DNA of 64,000 bases from Diplonema japonicum (taxonomy: Eukaryota > Protista > Euglenozoa: Diplonemea). Positions within the stretch are counted from its first letter, which is position 1, and each line of letters opens with the position of its first letter. This document shows positions 22,113 to 32,087 of the stretch, piece after piece. The DNA is taken from the NCBI GenBank assembly GCA_964019335.1, contig OZ025750.1:124001-188000 (forward strand), given 5' to 3'. The position numbers and the translations under genes were made by a program. The notes beneath the pieces are model-generated. The model was not told the origin of the DNA. It did not search any database and saw only the letters and a list, made by a program, of their open reading frames with translations.

Positions 22113-23415
22113 AAGAAAAAAAAGAGAAAGAAGAAGAAAAAAACGTTTTTTTTCCCTAAACAACAGAGAATGAAAGAATATGTTGGAACATATGGGGCAG
22201 CTTGTAAAAAAAAAAAGAAAAACGTACGGAAAATGAATTAAGTTCGCTGTGTTACTCATAGGCGAAAGAAGAAAAAGGAAAAAAAAAGAAAATAGAGATG
22301 AGATAAAGGAGGTTCCTGTTTTGGAACGTCCCCCTTGTCTCTACTTATCTACCCCTTTCTCCCTTCTGGGGCCTCGGCCTTTCTTTCTTTTTTGGCTGTG
22401 TCGCCTTTCTCAAAGTATCCTCCCAGAAAATAAAAGGTTTTTTTTTTTTTGTTCTCACGAAATAGAAAAGGCCGGTATGCATTCCTGTTGCTCGCGACAG
22501 CCGATCCCCCCCCCCCTCACCTTTTGGCTCTCTATCCTCTTTTTTTTCTTCCTTTCGGTTTCTTAGTCTTTTCTTGTGCACCGTCACGGGAAACGAAGAG
22601 AAATAAAAACTACTGTAAAAAAAAAAAAAAGAGAGAAAACAATTAGATGTAACGAACGAGGGAGGACAGGCGCTAACGTGTTTTTTTTTTTTTTTTTAAC
22701 AAATGAAGCACTGGACTTCGGGTCATCTCGGGAGGGTCAGCAGGAGACACATAGGAGTTTACCCCTTTTTTCCAATTTACAGTTTTGACCTGCTTTCCTT
22801 TCCCTCGAGGAGTCACCCCTGCCAAAAGAAATCCGTTCGTCAATCTTCTTTTTTTTTTTTTTTGACAGAAAAGCTCAACATTGTCGATGTAAAAAAAAAA
22901 AAAAAAAAAAAATGAAAAAAAGGGGGGAGGAGAAAAGAATACTCTGCTTAAAGAATATAAGGGCTTATTTCTTTAAAGCAGAAATACACGATTTTTCTTT
23001 TGCTGTGTTTCATACACATTCCCACAAAACACTAAATTAGCCAACGCAGTGGTGAGGGCTCTTAGCTTTGAGCCTTTGCTTTCCTCAGGCAGCATTAAGT
23101 TCTGATTCGAAGATTTCATGCGTCAGCGTTCATACTAAAAATCCTCAAAAAAAAAAAAAAAACCGGAAAGCTCCCAAACAGGGAAGCTCCCCCCTTTTTT
23201 TTTTGAAAAAAGCTTTTTTCTTTTTTCTTTTTTCTTTTTTCCCCAATTTGTTTTACCACCAGAGCCATAATTTGACCTTGAGTTAAATTACTACCTTTTG
23301 ACTCATTTCGCTGGCAAAGGTTAGCTTTGTGGATTGTCTTTTTTTTTTTTTTTTTATTTTTTTTTTTTTTCCAGGGAACACTGGGTTCGGATAATCAAAA
23401 GTCACGACGACAAAA

Positions 23416-25818
23416 ATGCCACCGCAAGGCCGAGGTGGAGCCTCCACGACGGCGGTTCCTGGGCGGGCTTCCTCTCATAAGGGGAAGTCCGGCGAATCCA
23501 CCAGGCCGAAGACGAGGGAAGCGGTGCAGGATCTGGCCAATAGGCTGGAGGGTTGGAAGGTGATAGACACCGGAAGAAGGCAGGGAGAGTGCTTCTTCGA
23601 AGCGGTGTCGTACGCGGTGCACGGCGCGAGGGACGAGGCGGGGGCGCTGCGGGAGGTGGTGGCCTCTCATCTGGCGGGGAAGGACTACTCCTCCTTCATG
23701 ATGGTGGAGGAAGGGGAGAAGGCTGCGGCGTGGAAGGAGTACCAGAGGCTGGTAGCTCTTTCGGGAACGTGGGCGGACAGGCTGACGGTCAGCACGATGT
23801 CCGTGGTGATGGGACGCAGGATCTGTGTCTTTGCTGTAAGGGATGACGTCCTCACCCTGAGCTGCTTCGAGCCGGGGAGTAGGAATGAGGTACCAGACAC
23901 GGCCACGCTATGGCTGGGCTATGTGGAGGGCCACTACGTCTGCGCGGTGAAAGGGGAGGACTCGAAGATGCCTACCACTACAGCGTATGTGCCGCCGGTG
24001 AGGATCCCACTCCCCATCCGCAGCGAGGGCGCGAAGGACGGGAAGAAGAAGGAGCAGGGCAAGCCGGCACGCAAGGCCATCATCGCATGCCTTGCCGAGG
24101 ACGAGTGGCCCGTGCACGTGCGGGAGTGGGAAGGGGCGGAGACACAGCCGGAGCGGGCGGTGTACCTTGTCCCGCAAGGCTCTGAACGGTTGGCAGCGGA
24201 GTGGCTAAGGGGCGCGCCGGCTGCAACGGTCGTTTCGTGGGGACGTCTCCCCTACTTCTGCGGCGAGGAGGCTGAGGTCCTTCTGAGCACGAACGAAGGG
24301 CGCGGGAAGACGTGCAGACGCCTGCAGGTGACATCCCGCAATGGTCACCCTGCGATGCCGGACGCAAACAAGGAGGAGATGGAGGAAGAGGAGGAGCTGG
24401 AGGAGCCGGAGACCTGCACCTCGGAACTCTATCTGGTTGCCAAAACATCGCTGGACGCCGAGAAGGCCAGGTCGAGAGTATTGACATGGCTGAGAGAGAG
24501 AGCAGGGCGGTACCTCACCAAGAGAGGCAGGAAGCGGGACGGCGTTTTCGAGGTCCCAATCACGGTGATGAAGACCGATGTCCAGTCGATCCTCATGCGC
24601 AGTGGCGAGGACGGCGTGTTTGTGCGCCAACCGTGGGAAGCACGCGATCTCCTGCCGGTTTTGTGGCTGGAGGGCACGACACTGAAAGCGGCACTGCTGT
24701 TCAGGCGTGAAGTGTGCGGATGGGGACTGACCTTCAAGAAGTCGGGCAAGTCCGTCGTCTACGGGGTAAGGGTACCGAAAGCCGAGCTTGACACAGCAAG
24801 GCGGGTGCTCAAAGACCGACATGCCGATCTGAAGGTGACAGCGACAGCAGCGACACTGCTCGACGGCGAGCACTATGAGGTACAAGGGGTGCCCTCTTCG
24901 ATGAACGGCCTCGAGCTGGAAGACCGCTTGAAACGGTCGGGATGGCCGGTCACGGTGAGGAAGAGGCTGCATAGGTTTGGCGAAAAACAATCCTGGGCCG
25001 TGACTTCGTGCTCGAAACCGAGAGGTCTGGTTCTGAATGTCCAGGGCACGCGTTGGACCATCCAGCCGCTGGAGGGTGACCTGCAGAAGAAGAAGAAGAA
25101 CAAGAAGGGCGCGAGTGACAGTAATAAGGCCGTATTCACATTGCCGCCGAACGCCATATGGGGCAGACAAGCCGGGCAGGCGAACCCATCATCCGCGCCT
25201 ACACCTGCGCCAGTGTCGGACACGCAGGCGTCAACACACCACGCTGCGTCAACACCTGCGACGCACTCAACGCCGGTAGCCGAGGCTCTACCCCCACCGA
25301 ACGCGCCAGCACCTGCTACGAAAACGATGGCGTCTGTCGACGCTTTCGAGGAGTGGGCGCGGAAGAAAGAGCTGGAGCACGAGCAGGAGAGGAAAGCGAT
25401 GGAAGCGAGAGTGGTGGACATGGAGAGGAAGGCTGCCGCGACCATCTCGCTAGTGAAGTCGATGGAGCAGAACATGCAAGCTCTCGGCAGGCAGATGGAG
25501 ATGGTAACAACACGTCTCGAGAGGTTGGATGCGGTGGCTGTGGCGGTGTCCGAGCTGGTTAAGACTGTCCAGTCTATCCAGCAGGACATCCAGACTGCGA
25601 AGCGCACGGACAAGAAGAGGAAATGCGACGACACGACGACCAGCAAGAAGGCACATTCGGGTGCCCTTGTCCCCACGAGTGCAACGGGTTCGATGACACC
25701 GATATACCTGCCCGGCGGCACACCGACATGTGCGGCCACACCTGACGTGCACATGGCCATAGCTAACACTATGACCCCCATCCTACCAATTGAACATGAC
25801 CCTGACGAGTTCAACTGA
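23416..25818 (+). CDS. LINE ORF1 with N-terminal OTU-like cysteine protease domain and C-terminal coiled coil
   Basis: 800 aa; GECFFEAVS (C59), LREVVASHL, GTWADRL, RRICVF, LWLGYVEGHY (H173) follow the OTU consensus order and spacing; heptad-rich segment at ~aa 645-735. Confidence 0.8.
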   Translation: MPPQGRGGASTTAVPGRASSHKGKSGESTRPKTREAVQDLANRLEGWKVIDTGRRQGECFFEAVSYAVHGARDEAGALREVVASHLAGKDYSSFMMVEEGEKAAAWKEYQRLVALSGTWADRLTVSTMSVVMGRRICVFAVRDDVLTLSCFEPGSRNEVPDTATLWLGYVEGHYVCAVKGEDSKMPTTTAYVPPVRIPLPIRSEGAKDGKKKEQGKPARKAIIACLAEDEWPVHVREWEGAETQPERAVYLVPQGSERLAAEWLRGAPAATVVSWGRLPYFCGEEAEVLLSTNEGRGKTCRRLQVTSRNGHPAMPDANKEEMEEEEELEEPETCTSELYLVAKTSLDAEKARSRVLTWLRERAGRYLTKRGRKRDGVFEVPITVMKTDVQSILMRSGEDGVFVRQPWEARDLLPVLWLEGTTLKAALLFRREVCGWGLTFKKSGKSVVYGVRVPKAELDTARRVLKDRHADLKVTATAATLLDGEHYEVQGVPSSMNGLELEDRLKRSGWPVTVRKRLHRFGEKQSWAVTSCSKPRGLVLNVQGTRWTIQPLEGDLQKKKKNKKGASDSNKAVFTLPPNAIWGRQAGQANPSSAPTPAPVSDTQASTHHAASTPATHSTPVAEALPPPNAPAPATKTMASVDAFEEWARKKELEHEQERKAMEARVVDMERKAAATISLVKSMEQNMQALGRQMEMVTTRLERLDAVAVAVSELVKTVQSIQQDIQTAKRTDKKRKCDDTTTSKKAHSGALVPTSATGSMTPIYLPGGTPTCAATPDVHMAIANTMTPILPIEHDPDEFN

Positions 25819-25857
25819 AGGGACGCCAGCCATGAAGACATCCGGAGGGACATCTTC

Positions 25858-28800
25858 ATGGGTGGAGCTAGGGACCCCAATTCGCTCACAATCACAACTC
25901 TCAATGTGGGGTCCCTGAGCAATAAGGTGGACGAGGTGTTGGCCATGGAGAGCGACATCTCGTGCTTGCAGGAAGTGAAGCTGACCGCACACGGACAACA
26001 CATGATTGGGAGGCATGTTGAGGACAACGGCAGGTATCGTGCGCTGTGGGGAAACCCACAGCCCGGTATCGTGGTCGATGGACTTGCTGCTCCCGACAAA
26101 GCACAAAGAGGTGGAGTCGGCATACTAGTACAGCGGTGCAGGCCGGCGATAGTCAAAGCAGTCGCTTCGATGGACGACGGCAACAGGTGGGTCCATGCTA
26201 TGATCAACTTGGACGGACGAGACATGTGGCTCCACCTCATTGTGGTATATTGCCACTCGGGAAGTTACGGCAAACACCAGCGTGAGACACTTTTGAACAA
26301 GGTGCTGAACGAGATGAGATGTGCCCTGGGAGATGTTCCTATCATCGTCGCGGGGGACCTAAACACCGAGGTGTCGCAATCAGGTGTACTACAGCAGGCG
26401 GTTGGGTGTGACTGGGTGGATGCAGCAGCAATGCAGGCCGAGAAAGACGGGGTAAGGCCGAGCCACACCTTTGTGAGGAGAGCCACTGACACAAAGTCAC
26501 GCATCGACTACGTCTTGATGAACCCGATCGCTGCGGCGGGACTACAGAAGGCGTGGGTCCACGACACGGTGTATACCAACGAACACAGATGCCTCTCCAT
26601 CAAACTGTGTATCCCTACTCTCAAGAGCAAGACACGCAAGTACTTCATCCCGAAGGAACTGCCGGTGTCGACTGCTAGTGATGACCACGTGATTGAGCTG
26701 CTACAGGCGGAGAGATTCATCCAAAAACTTGAGGACATCGACGGCGCATACCGTGTGCTGGCTGACGTCTCGGAAAGACACTGCATCACAGGCGTACCGA
26801 TGGAGCAACAGAAGACTTTCCGAGGGAGGGGCGAGGAGCGCAAACCCAAGGAGAAATGCCTGTCGGCCAAGTCTGTAAAGGAAGCCACGGGCGCAGCGGT
26901 GGGTAGACAGAAGTCGATTGCCTGTTTGCAGAGGAAGCTTGCACACATCAGCGCGGAAATCCAGGTGATGATTGACAAGGGACAAGTGTGCAACATGCCA
27001 GTAGTTCTGTTGAAGACTTGGGCGAATGCTCTGAGTTTGCTGGAGAAACTGCCGAACCCTCCAGTATTTGATAGGAACTTGCTGAAGGATGACCTGGAGT
27101 CGATTGTCACCAGACTTCAACTGCTAGACGACAACCTCTCCTCGCTACTACGCGAGATCGCAAAGGACACGAGAGTGGAGCGGGAGAAGAAGTACGAGGC
27201 GAGGATCAACACCCAGTTCCAGGAGGAGCGGAGGGGGATGACCGCCTTTGTGAAAAACACTTCTACGTCAGCGGCGCAGGCAGTGGAGAGCGGCGGAGTG
27301 CTGACCGCAGACCTCGACGAGATGGACAGGATGATGCACGCGGAATGGGACGGCGTGCTCCAGATGTACGGTGAAGGGCATGAAGAACCATCGTACGAGG
27401 CTTTCAAGGCTAGATACGGGCCATACATCTCGACGCATGACATGGTGCTCCAGCCACTGACAGGGGCTGATCTGAGAGCAGTTCTGGCCAAGAAATCGAC
27501 GAGGACAGCACCGGGAGTTGATGGGTGGAGGATGGCAGAACTTCGCGCTATGCCAAATGTATTGTTGGATGCGTGGGCGATGCTCTTCAACGCCATCGAG
27601 GTGACAGGGAAGTGGCCGAAGGCACTCCTGACGGCGTTGGTTACGCTGATCCCGAAGGGAGGCGAGAGGACTCCGCTCAACCACCGCCCCATCACAGTCA
27701 CGAGTGCGGTCTACAGACTGTGGGCCTGTGCCAGGTTGCGTGATATATCGCCATGGCAAGAGAAATGGGCGGACGACTCGCAGCATGGTTTTCGACCACG
27801 TCACGGGACGGACAGCATCCTGATGGAGCTCAGCACGCAGCTGGAGACGGCGATGCTGACCAACACCCCTCTTAACGGCATAGCACTGGACTTCGTCAAG
27901 TGCTTCGACAGGGTGCCACAGAAAGTAGCGTTCGGGCTTATGCAAGACCTGGGTTTGCACCAGAGGATACTGACCCCGCTCAAAGCGATGTACGCAGGCC
28001 TCAAAAGACGTTTCCGCTTCCCTACTGGCGTGGGTTCCGAGTTCCACGTGACAAATGGAATTCTCCAAGGGTGCCCAATCTCCGTCATCCTGGTGAACGC
28101 TCTGGTGTCAGTGATGGTGAAGTGCGTGATTGCTGAGGTACCTGGCTCGCGATCGCTGTCGTACGCGGACGACGCGTGCCTACTTGCGCGTTTGGTCGAG
28201 GTACTCAAGAGAGCGACCAACAAAACAATCGAGTTTTGCGAGCGGACAGGCATGCGCCTTAACGAAAACAAGTCACAAGCATTCTCGACGAAGGATGAGA
28301 TCGGCCCTTGGTTGAAGTGCACAGGCTCATCGTTCAGAGTGACGAAGGGGATCAAGGCGCTTGGCGTGATCCTGAACATGAACGGGAAACATAGTTTGGA
28401 CAAGCTACATTCCGCCGAAGGCCGTTTGTCCCGGCTTGGTGCATTGCCATTAAGCTTCGGGAACAAGGCGTCAATGCTGACGGGCACTGTGCTACCATCC
28501 TGTCTATACGGTACGACCTACGCTGCGCCGTCTGACAACCAGCTGAAGAAGCTCTGTACAGCGACGGTGACTTCCCTATGGGGACCGCGCTTCAGGATGA
28601 GATCCCCGATGGCTGTGCTCAATGTGCTGTTACCTGGACACACAGCATATCCACAAGCGAAGATTGTTTACAACACGGTGAACTGCCTGGTGCGAGAAAG
28701 CCTCACCTCCCCACAACTGTGGCAGCGAGTCAATGAGATTGTTACACTGTACCGGGAGCGAGAGGACGACGAGGAGAGGGGGCCGCTAGGGGTCTTGCTG

Positions 28801-29946
28801 AAGAGGTGGCTACCCTTCCTGAACAAGGGGTGGTCCTTCATTGAAGGTTTGCGCGCTCTGGTGCCCAGTGCGAGACGCCATGAAGTAAGACAGGCGATCA
28901 GACCGGCTGTTGCAAAGGAATTGATCCACGGCAGGTCGTCTTTTGCTGGAATGGAAGCGGGTGCATGTCCGTCCACGAACGCCTGGTGGAGGAAGCTCCA
29001 GTCACGGAGACCGCTGATATCGTACAGACTGCGGCGGATCATCAGCGGTGCAGTGTTCACGGTACACCCTCGAGTGTGGGGGAAGCAATTGGATGAACGT
29101 GAGGGTGTGGAAAGCTCGTCTCTTGCGTGCGACGTCTGCGACCATCGATGCCAGACGACGACAGAAGTCACGGAGCACGCCCTATGGGAATGTGCACCAG
29201 CGAGAGCTGCCCTGACAAACGAAAGATATGGCGGGATGACACGAAGTGACCTACCTGCAGTGACCGCCCTCCACGGGATCATTCCAAGGGGCGCAACGGG
29301 GGCTGCGAAGCAACAGGCGGCAGTCGTGCAACGATACCTGTTGGATGTAGTGACAAGACGAGACGCCAGAGCGGCTGAACGGAGCACCAGAATCCTCACC
29401 ACCAACCCGTGGGATGAGATCACAACGGGGAAGCAGCACACTGTGCCCACAGTGGAGCTGTTGAAATCGAACGGAGCGTCGGGAAAGGTCCTAATGTTCT
29501 ACATGAAGAGCGTCCTCAGGTGGCTGAAAAGCCTAAGATGGTACGCAGGCAGGAAGTTGACGTCCGTCACGACGATGGAGCTCGCAGTAGACTATGAGCA
29601 GGCCACCCGGCAGTCCTTGGCTGGACCCCTCGACGACCAGGACTGGCTCACAGAGAAGGCTGGAAGGATGCGATACATCTTAGGACGTATTCAGAAATGC
29701 ACAGCAAAGAGTGGGAAGAATGCTTTCCCCGCCAACGCAAAGACAAGGGTACACACCCTTCGACATCTTGGGGGCCCGACGACACACGGCTACGACAGGA
29801 GACCACTCTTCTCCTCGAGCCAAACCGCCCCCTACCTAGCACGACTCCAAGCAATGTTTCTCGCCCAGATGCCGTCCATCTCATCGCGACAAACAGCCAC
29901 TGCAGGCACCAGACAGCAACCGCAGAACGGTGACCGATTAGTGTGA
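25858..29946 (+). CDS. LINE ORF2: AP endonuclease, reverse transcriptase, CCHC finger, C-terminal extension
   Basis: 1362 aa; APE motifs TLNV, LQE, GDLN, SRIDY, EH; RT motifs APGVDG, RPIT, QHGFR, LDFVKCFDRV, GILQGCPIS, YADD; CDVC..EHALWEC. Confidence 0.92.
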   Translation: MGGARDPNSLTITTLNVGSLSNKVDEVLAMESDISCLQEVKLTAHGQHMIGRHVEDNGRYRALWGNPQPGIVVDGLAAPDKAQRGGVGILVQRCRPAIVKAVASMDDGNRWVHAMINLDGRDMWLHLIVVYCHSGSYGKHQRETLLNKVLNEMRCALGDVPIIVAGDLNTEVSQSGVLQQAVGCDWVDAAAMQAEKDGVRPSHTFVRRATDTKSRIDYVLMNPIAAAGLQKAWVHDTVYTNEHRCLSIKLCIPTLKSKTRKYFIPKELPVSTASDDHVIELLQAERFIQKLEDIDGAYRVLADVSERHCITGVPMEQQKTFRGRGEERKPKEKCLSAKSVKEATGAAVGRQKSIACLQRKLAHISAEIQVMIDKGQVCNMPVVLLKTWANALSLLEKLPNPPVFDRNLLKDDLESIVTRLQLLDDNLSSLLREIAKDTRVEREKKYEARINTQFQEERRGMTAFVKNTSTSAAQAVESGGVLTADLDEMDRMMHAEWDGVLQMYGEGHEEPSYEAFKARYGPYISTHDMVLQPLTGADLRAVLAKKSTRTAPGVDGWRMAELRAMPNVLLDAWAMLFNAIEVTGKWPKALLTALVTLIPKGGERTPLNHRPITVTSAVYRLWACARLRDISPWQEKWADDSQHGFRPRHGTDSILMELSTQLETAMLTNTPLNGIALDFVKCFDRVPQKVAFGLMQDLGLHQRILTPLKAMYAGLKRRFRFPTGVGSEFHVTNGILQGCPISVILVNALVSVMVKCVIAEVPGSRSLSYADDACLLARLVEVLKRATNKTIEFCERTGMRLNENKSQAFSTKDEIGPWLKCTGSSFRVTKGIKALGVILNMNGKHSLDKLHSAEGRLSRLGALPLSFGNKASMLTGTVLPSCLYGTTYAAPSDNQLKKLCTATVTSLWGPRFRMRSPMAVLNVLLPGHTAYPQAKIVYNTVNCLVRESLTSPQLWQRVNEIVTLYREREDDEERGPLGVLLKRWLPFLNKGWSFIEGLRALVPSARRHEVRQAIRPAVAKELIHGRSSFAGMEAGACPSTNAWWRKLQSRRPLISYRLRRIISGAVFTVHPRVWGKQLDEREGVESSSLACDVCDHRCQTTTEVTEHALWECAPARAALTNERYGGMTRSDLPAVTALHGIIPRGATGAAKQQAAVVQRYLLDVVTRRDARAAERSTRILTTNPWDEITTGKQHTVPTVELLKSNGASGKVLMFYMKSVLRWLKSLRWYAGRKLTSVTTMELAVDYEQATRQSLAGPLDDQDWLTEKAGRMRYILGRIQKCTAKSGKNAFPANAKTRVHTLRHLGGPTTHGYDRRPLFSSSQTAPYLARLQAMFLAQMPSISSRQTATAGTRQQPQNGDRLV

Positions 29947-30350
29947 ATTTCTCCCTGAACGGTGAGCACCCACCCGCACACCGAAATTTATCAAATTTTT
30001 TTACTTTTTGAGTTTTTTTTTTTATTTTATTTTTTTTTACCGTGCGAACACCAAAAAAGAATAAAAAAGAATTAAAAAAAAAAAAAAGTCATAACGAAAA
30101 GTTTTTTTTCACAGAAATGCTCTCTCCATTTCCAATCTTCTTTCTTTTTATTTTATTTAAATAAATAATTTTCCTTTTAAAGAACTGACTTTGAGCTGAG
30201 ATCTTTTAGTTTATCTTAGGTCTGGAGGCCCAGCTCAGCGAGGGGTATAGCATCAAAAGCTATTGCCCCCAGCGTGTTGCTGGTCATGGTGACAATAAGC
30301 ATCCGGTCGAATCTAAACACAGGCCAAGCACTTAATTTTTTTCTTTTTTT

Positions 30351-30382
<32 letters not shown>

Positions 30383-30577
30383 CCGAGTGGTGGTTTCTGT
30401 CACTCGAGTGAAAACTTCAGGAAAAGGTAGATTCTTTTTGTTACAATTTATATGAACTAGAAATTTGAGGGTTGTAGCGAACTTTTTTTTTTTTTATTTC
30501 ATTCGAAAAAAAAAAAGAAAGAAAATCGACAGAGGGGGGTGGGAAGTATAACAGTTTTCTCTTTTTTTTTTTCTTAT

Positions 30578-30910
30578 CCCCCTAAACGCCGGAGGCCTAT
30601 CTACCAGCAGGCAACCATTGGAAGATAAATGGAAGCTAAATCTTTCAATAGGTGCAGGTAGTGCATGAGAACAAGGGGGCGTTAACAAAGACTTCTTTTA
30701 AAGGGGTTTTTGAGGGGTCTGTGGAGTTATGGCTGGGCTAAAAAGGGCAAAACGTACGTAAGAAAACACGTTTGCACCTTTTTCCTGCACGCTAGGAACA
30801 GCACAGAGCACATCAACTTTTTAACACAGCCATGGTCCACTTCCAAGGACGAAAAAAAAGCAAGTTTTGAAAATAAGGACAAAAGCCGTCCGCTCAGGCG
30901 TTTTAGGGGG
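30578..30910 (-). mobile_element. Non-autonomous piggyBac-like MITE related to 40000-41782
   Basis: CCCCTAAACGCC..GGCCTATCTAC at the left end matches the reverse complement of the right end of 40000-41782; GGCGTTTTAGGGGG at the right; TTAT at 30574-77 and 30911-14. Confidence 0.8.
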
Positions 30911-31272
30911 TTATTTGTAAAAAACTAGTTTGGTTGTTCCTTTCCCTTTTTCTTTTTTTTTTTTCTCTTCTTATTTTTGTTTATTCCTCCCCCCCCCCCC
31001 CCTCTCTCTCTCTCTGTCTTCGAACGTCTTCTTTCTTCTTTTCTTTTCTTTTACTATTTTAACGAAATCTTTTTTCGTTTTTTTTTTTTTAAAGTAAACT
31101 TCTTACCTACTTCAACTTTGTGCCGAGCAAGAAAAAAAAGAAAAAGAAAAAGAAGAGTCCATTCGTCAGTCTGCGCAGTTTGTTAATGTTGTTCTTTTTT
31201 TATTTTATTTTTTTAAACAGACACGTTTCAGCGGCCAGTTCCTCTTTCTTTTTTAAATTCTTTTTTTTTTTT

Positions 31273-31560
31273 ATGCAAGAACGAGTTTTTGACTTGTATA
31301 ACAAAAGGGGAACGTTGGCAACGTGTTTCGGGTTGACAAACTTCTCCAGGTTTTCACCCGGCACGTACAAACAAAATATGACGGCACTAGACCAGGATGA
31401 TCTGGTCCAATACGCGGACCTCGAGTACCCATCGGGAAGCACTCGTGCACCTCACCTCGCGACAGCGTCTTCGGGGAATGCGACACCTCGCACGGTGGCA
31501 CTGCGGTGCACTGTGCGAGGTGGTTCCGGCACGTACAAACAACGGCCAGTTCCTCTTTTG
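31273..31560 (+). repeat. SINE-like dispersed repeat with an internal insert between 17-bp direct repeats
   Basis: Matches 14-92 (rc) and 42090-42385; CCGGCACGTACAAACAA occurs twice; ends CGGCCAGTTCCTCTTTT. Confidence 0.55.
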
Positions 31561-32087
31561 ATGAATCAGAAAAAAAAGAAGGGGGGGGGGGGAAAGAAAA
31601 GAAACATTCGTTATCATTGTTATTAAGAAAAAAAAAAAAGAAAAGGAAAAAGAAAAAGCAGCGTTTTTGCGGGCACATCCTATTCGAAACAATTTTTAAA
31701 AAAAAAAAAAGCCAGAAGAAGGGTTTCGTAAAGTATTTTCCGGGCCCCACTCCCTCCGGCTGACCCATCATTGGCACCGTTTTTGGCCGTAGGTCTTTCA
31801 AGTTGACAAAAAAAAGTTGAGGTGACGTTTTGATGCCTGGTAAGTCCAGTGAATGGGCGTGCTCACCGTGCCTACTGCCTTCAGAATAAAATACAAAATG
31901 GTGTCTCTTGTCACCCGCAGGACGAAAGTCTCTTTATGAGTTCCCGGCTTTCCCTCATCTTTTGTTTTTATCTATCTCCCTCAAAAGAAAAAAAAGAAAA
32001 CAAAAAAAGGTTTTCATTCTTTCTTTCTTTTCTTTCCATATATGCCAGGCTTGTAACCGATTTTTCACAGTTAAAAGAAAAAGGAAA

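Larger units (their letters stand above)
23371..29996 (+). mobile_element. Full-length non-LTR retrotransposon (two intact ORFs), inserted in a T-rich tract
   Basis: ORF1 + APE-RT-CCHC ORF2; T-runs immediately before 23371 and after ~29995; 3' terminus matches 36540-36588 and 59941-59978. Exact TSD cannot be resolved. Confidence 0.9.

Noticed and set aside
24205-29450. Long antisense ORFs over the LINE (e.g. 24873-26240, 455 aa)
   Set aside because: Shadow ORFs expected opposite GC-rich coding sequence; no recognisable motifs.
31908-32087. N-terminal extension of ORF 31908 (similarly 4435-4485 and 47989-48039)
   Set aside because: Non-ATG starts in low-complexity sequence; paralog comparison places the starts at 32088, 4486 and 48040.
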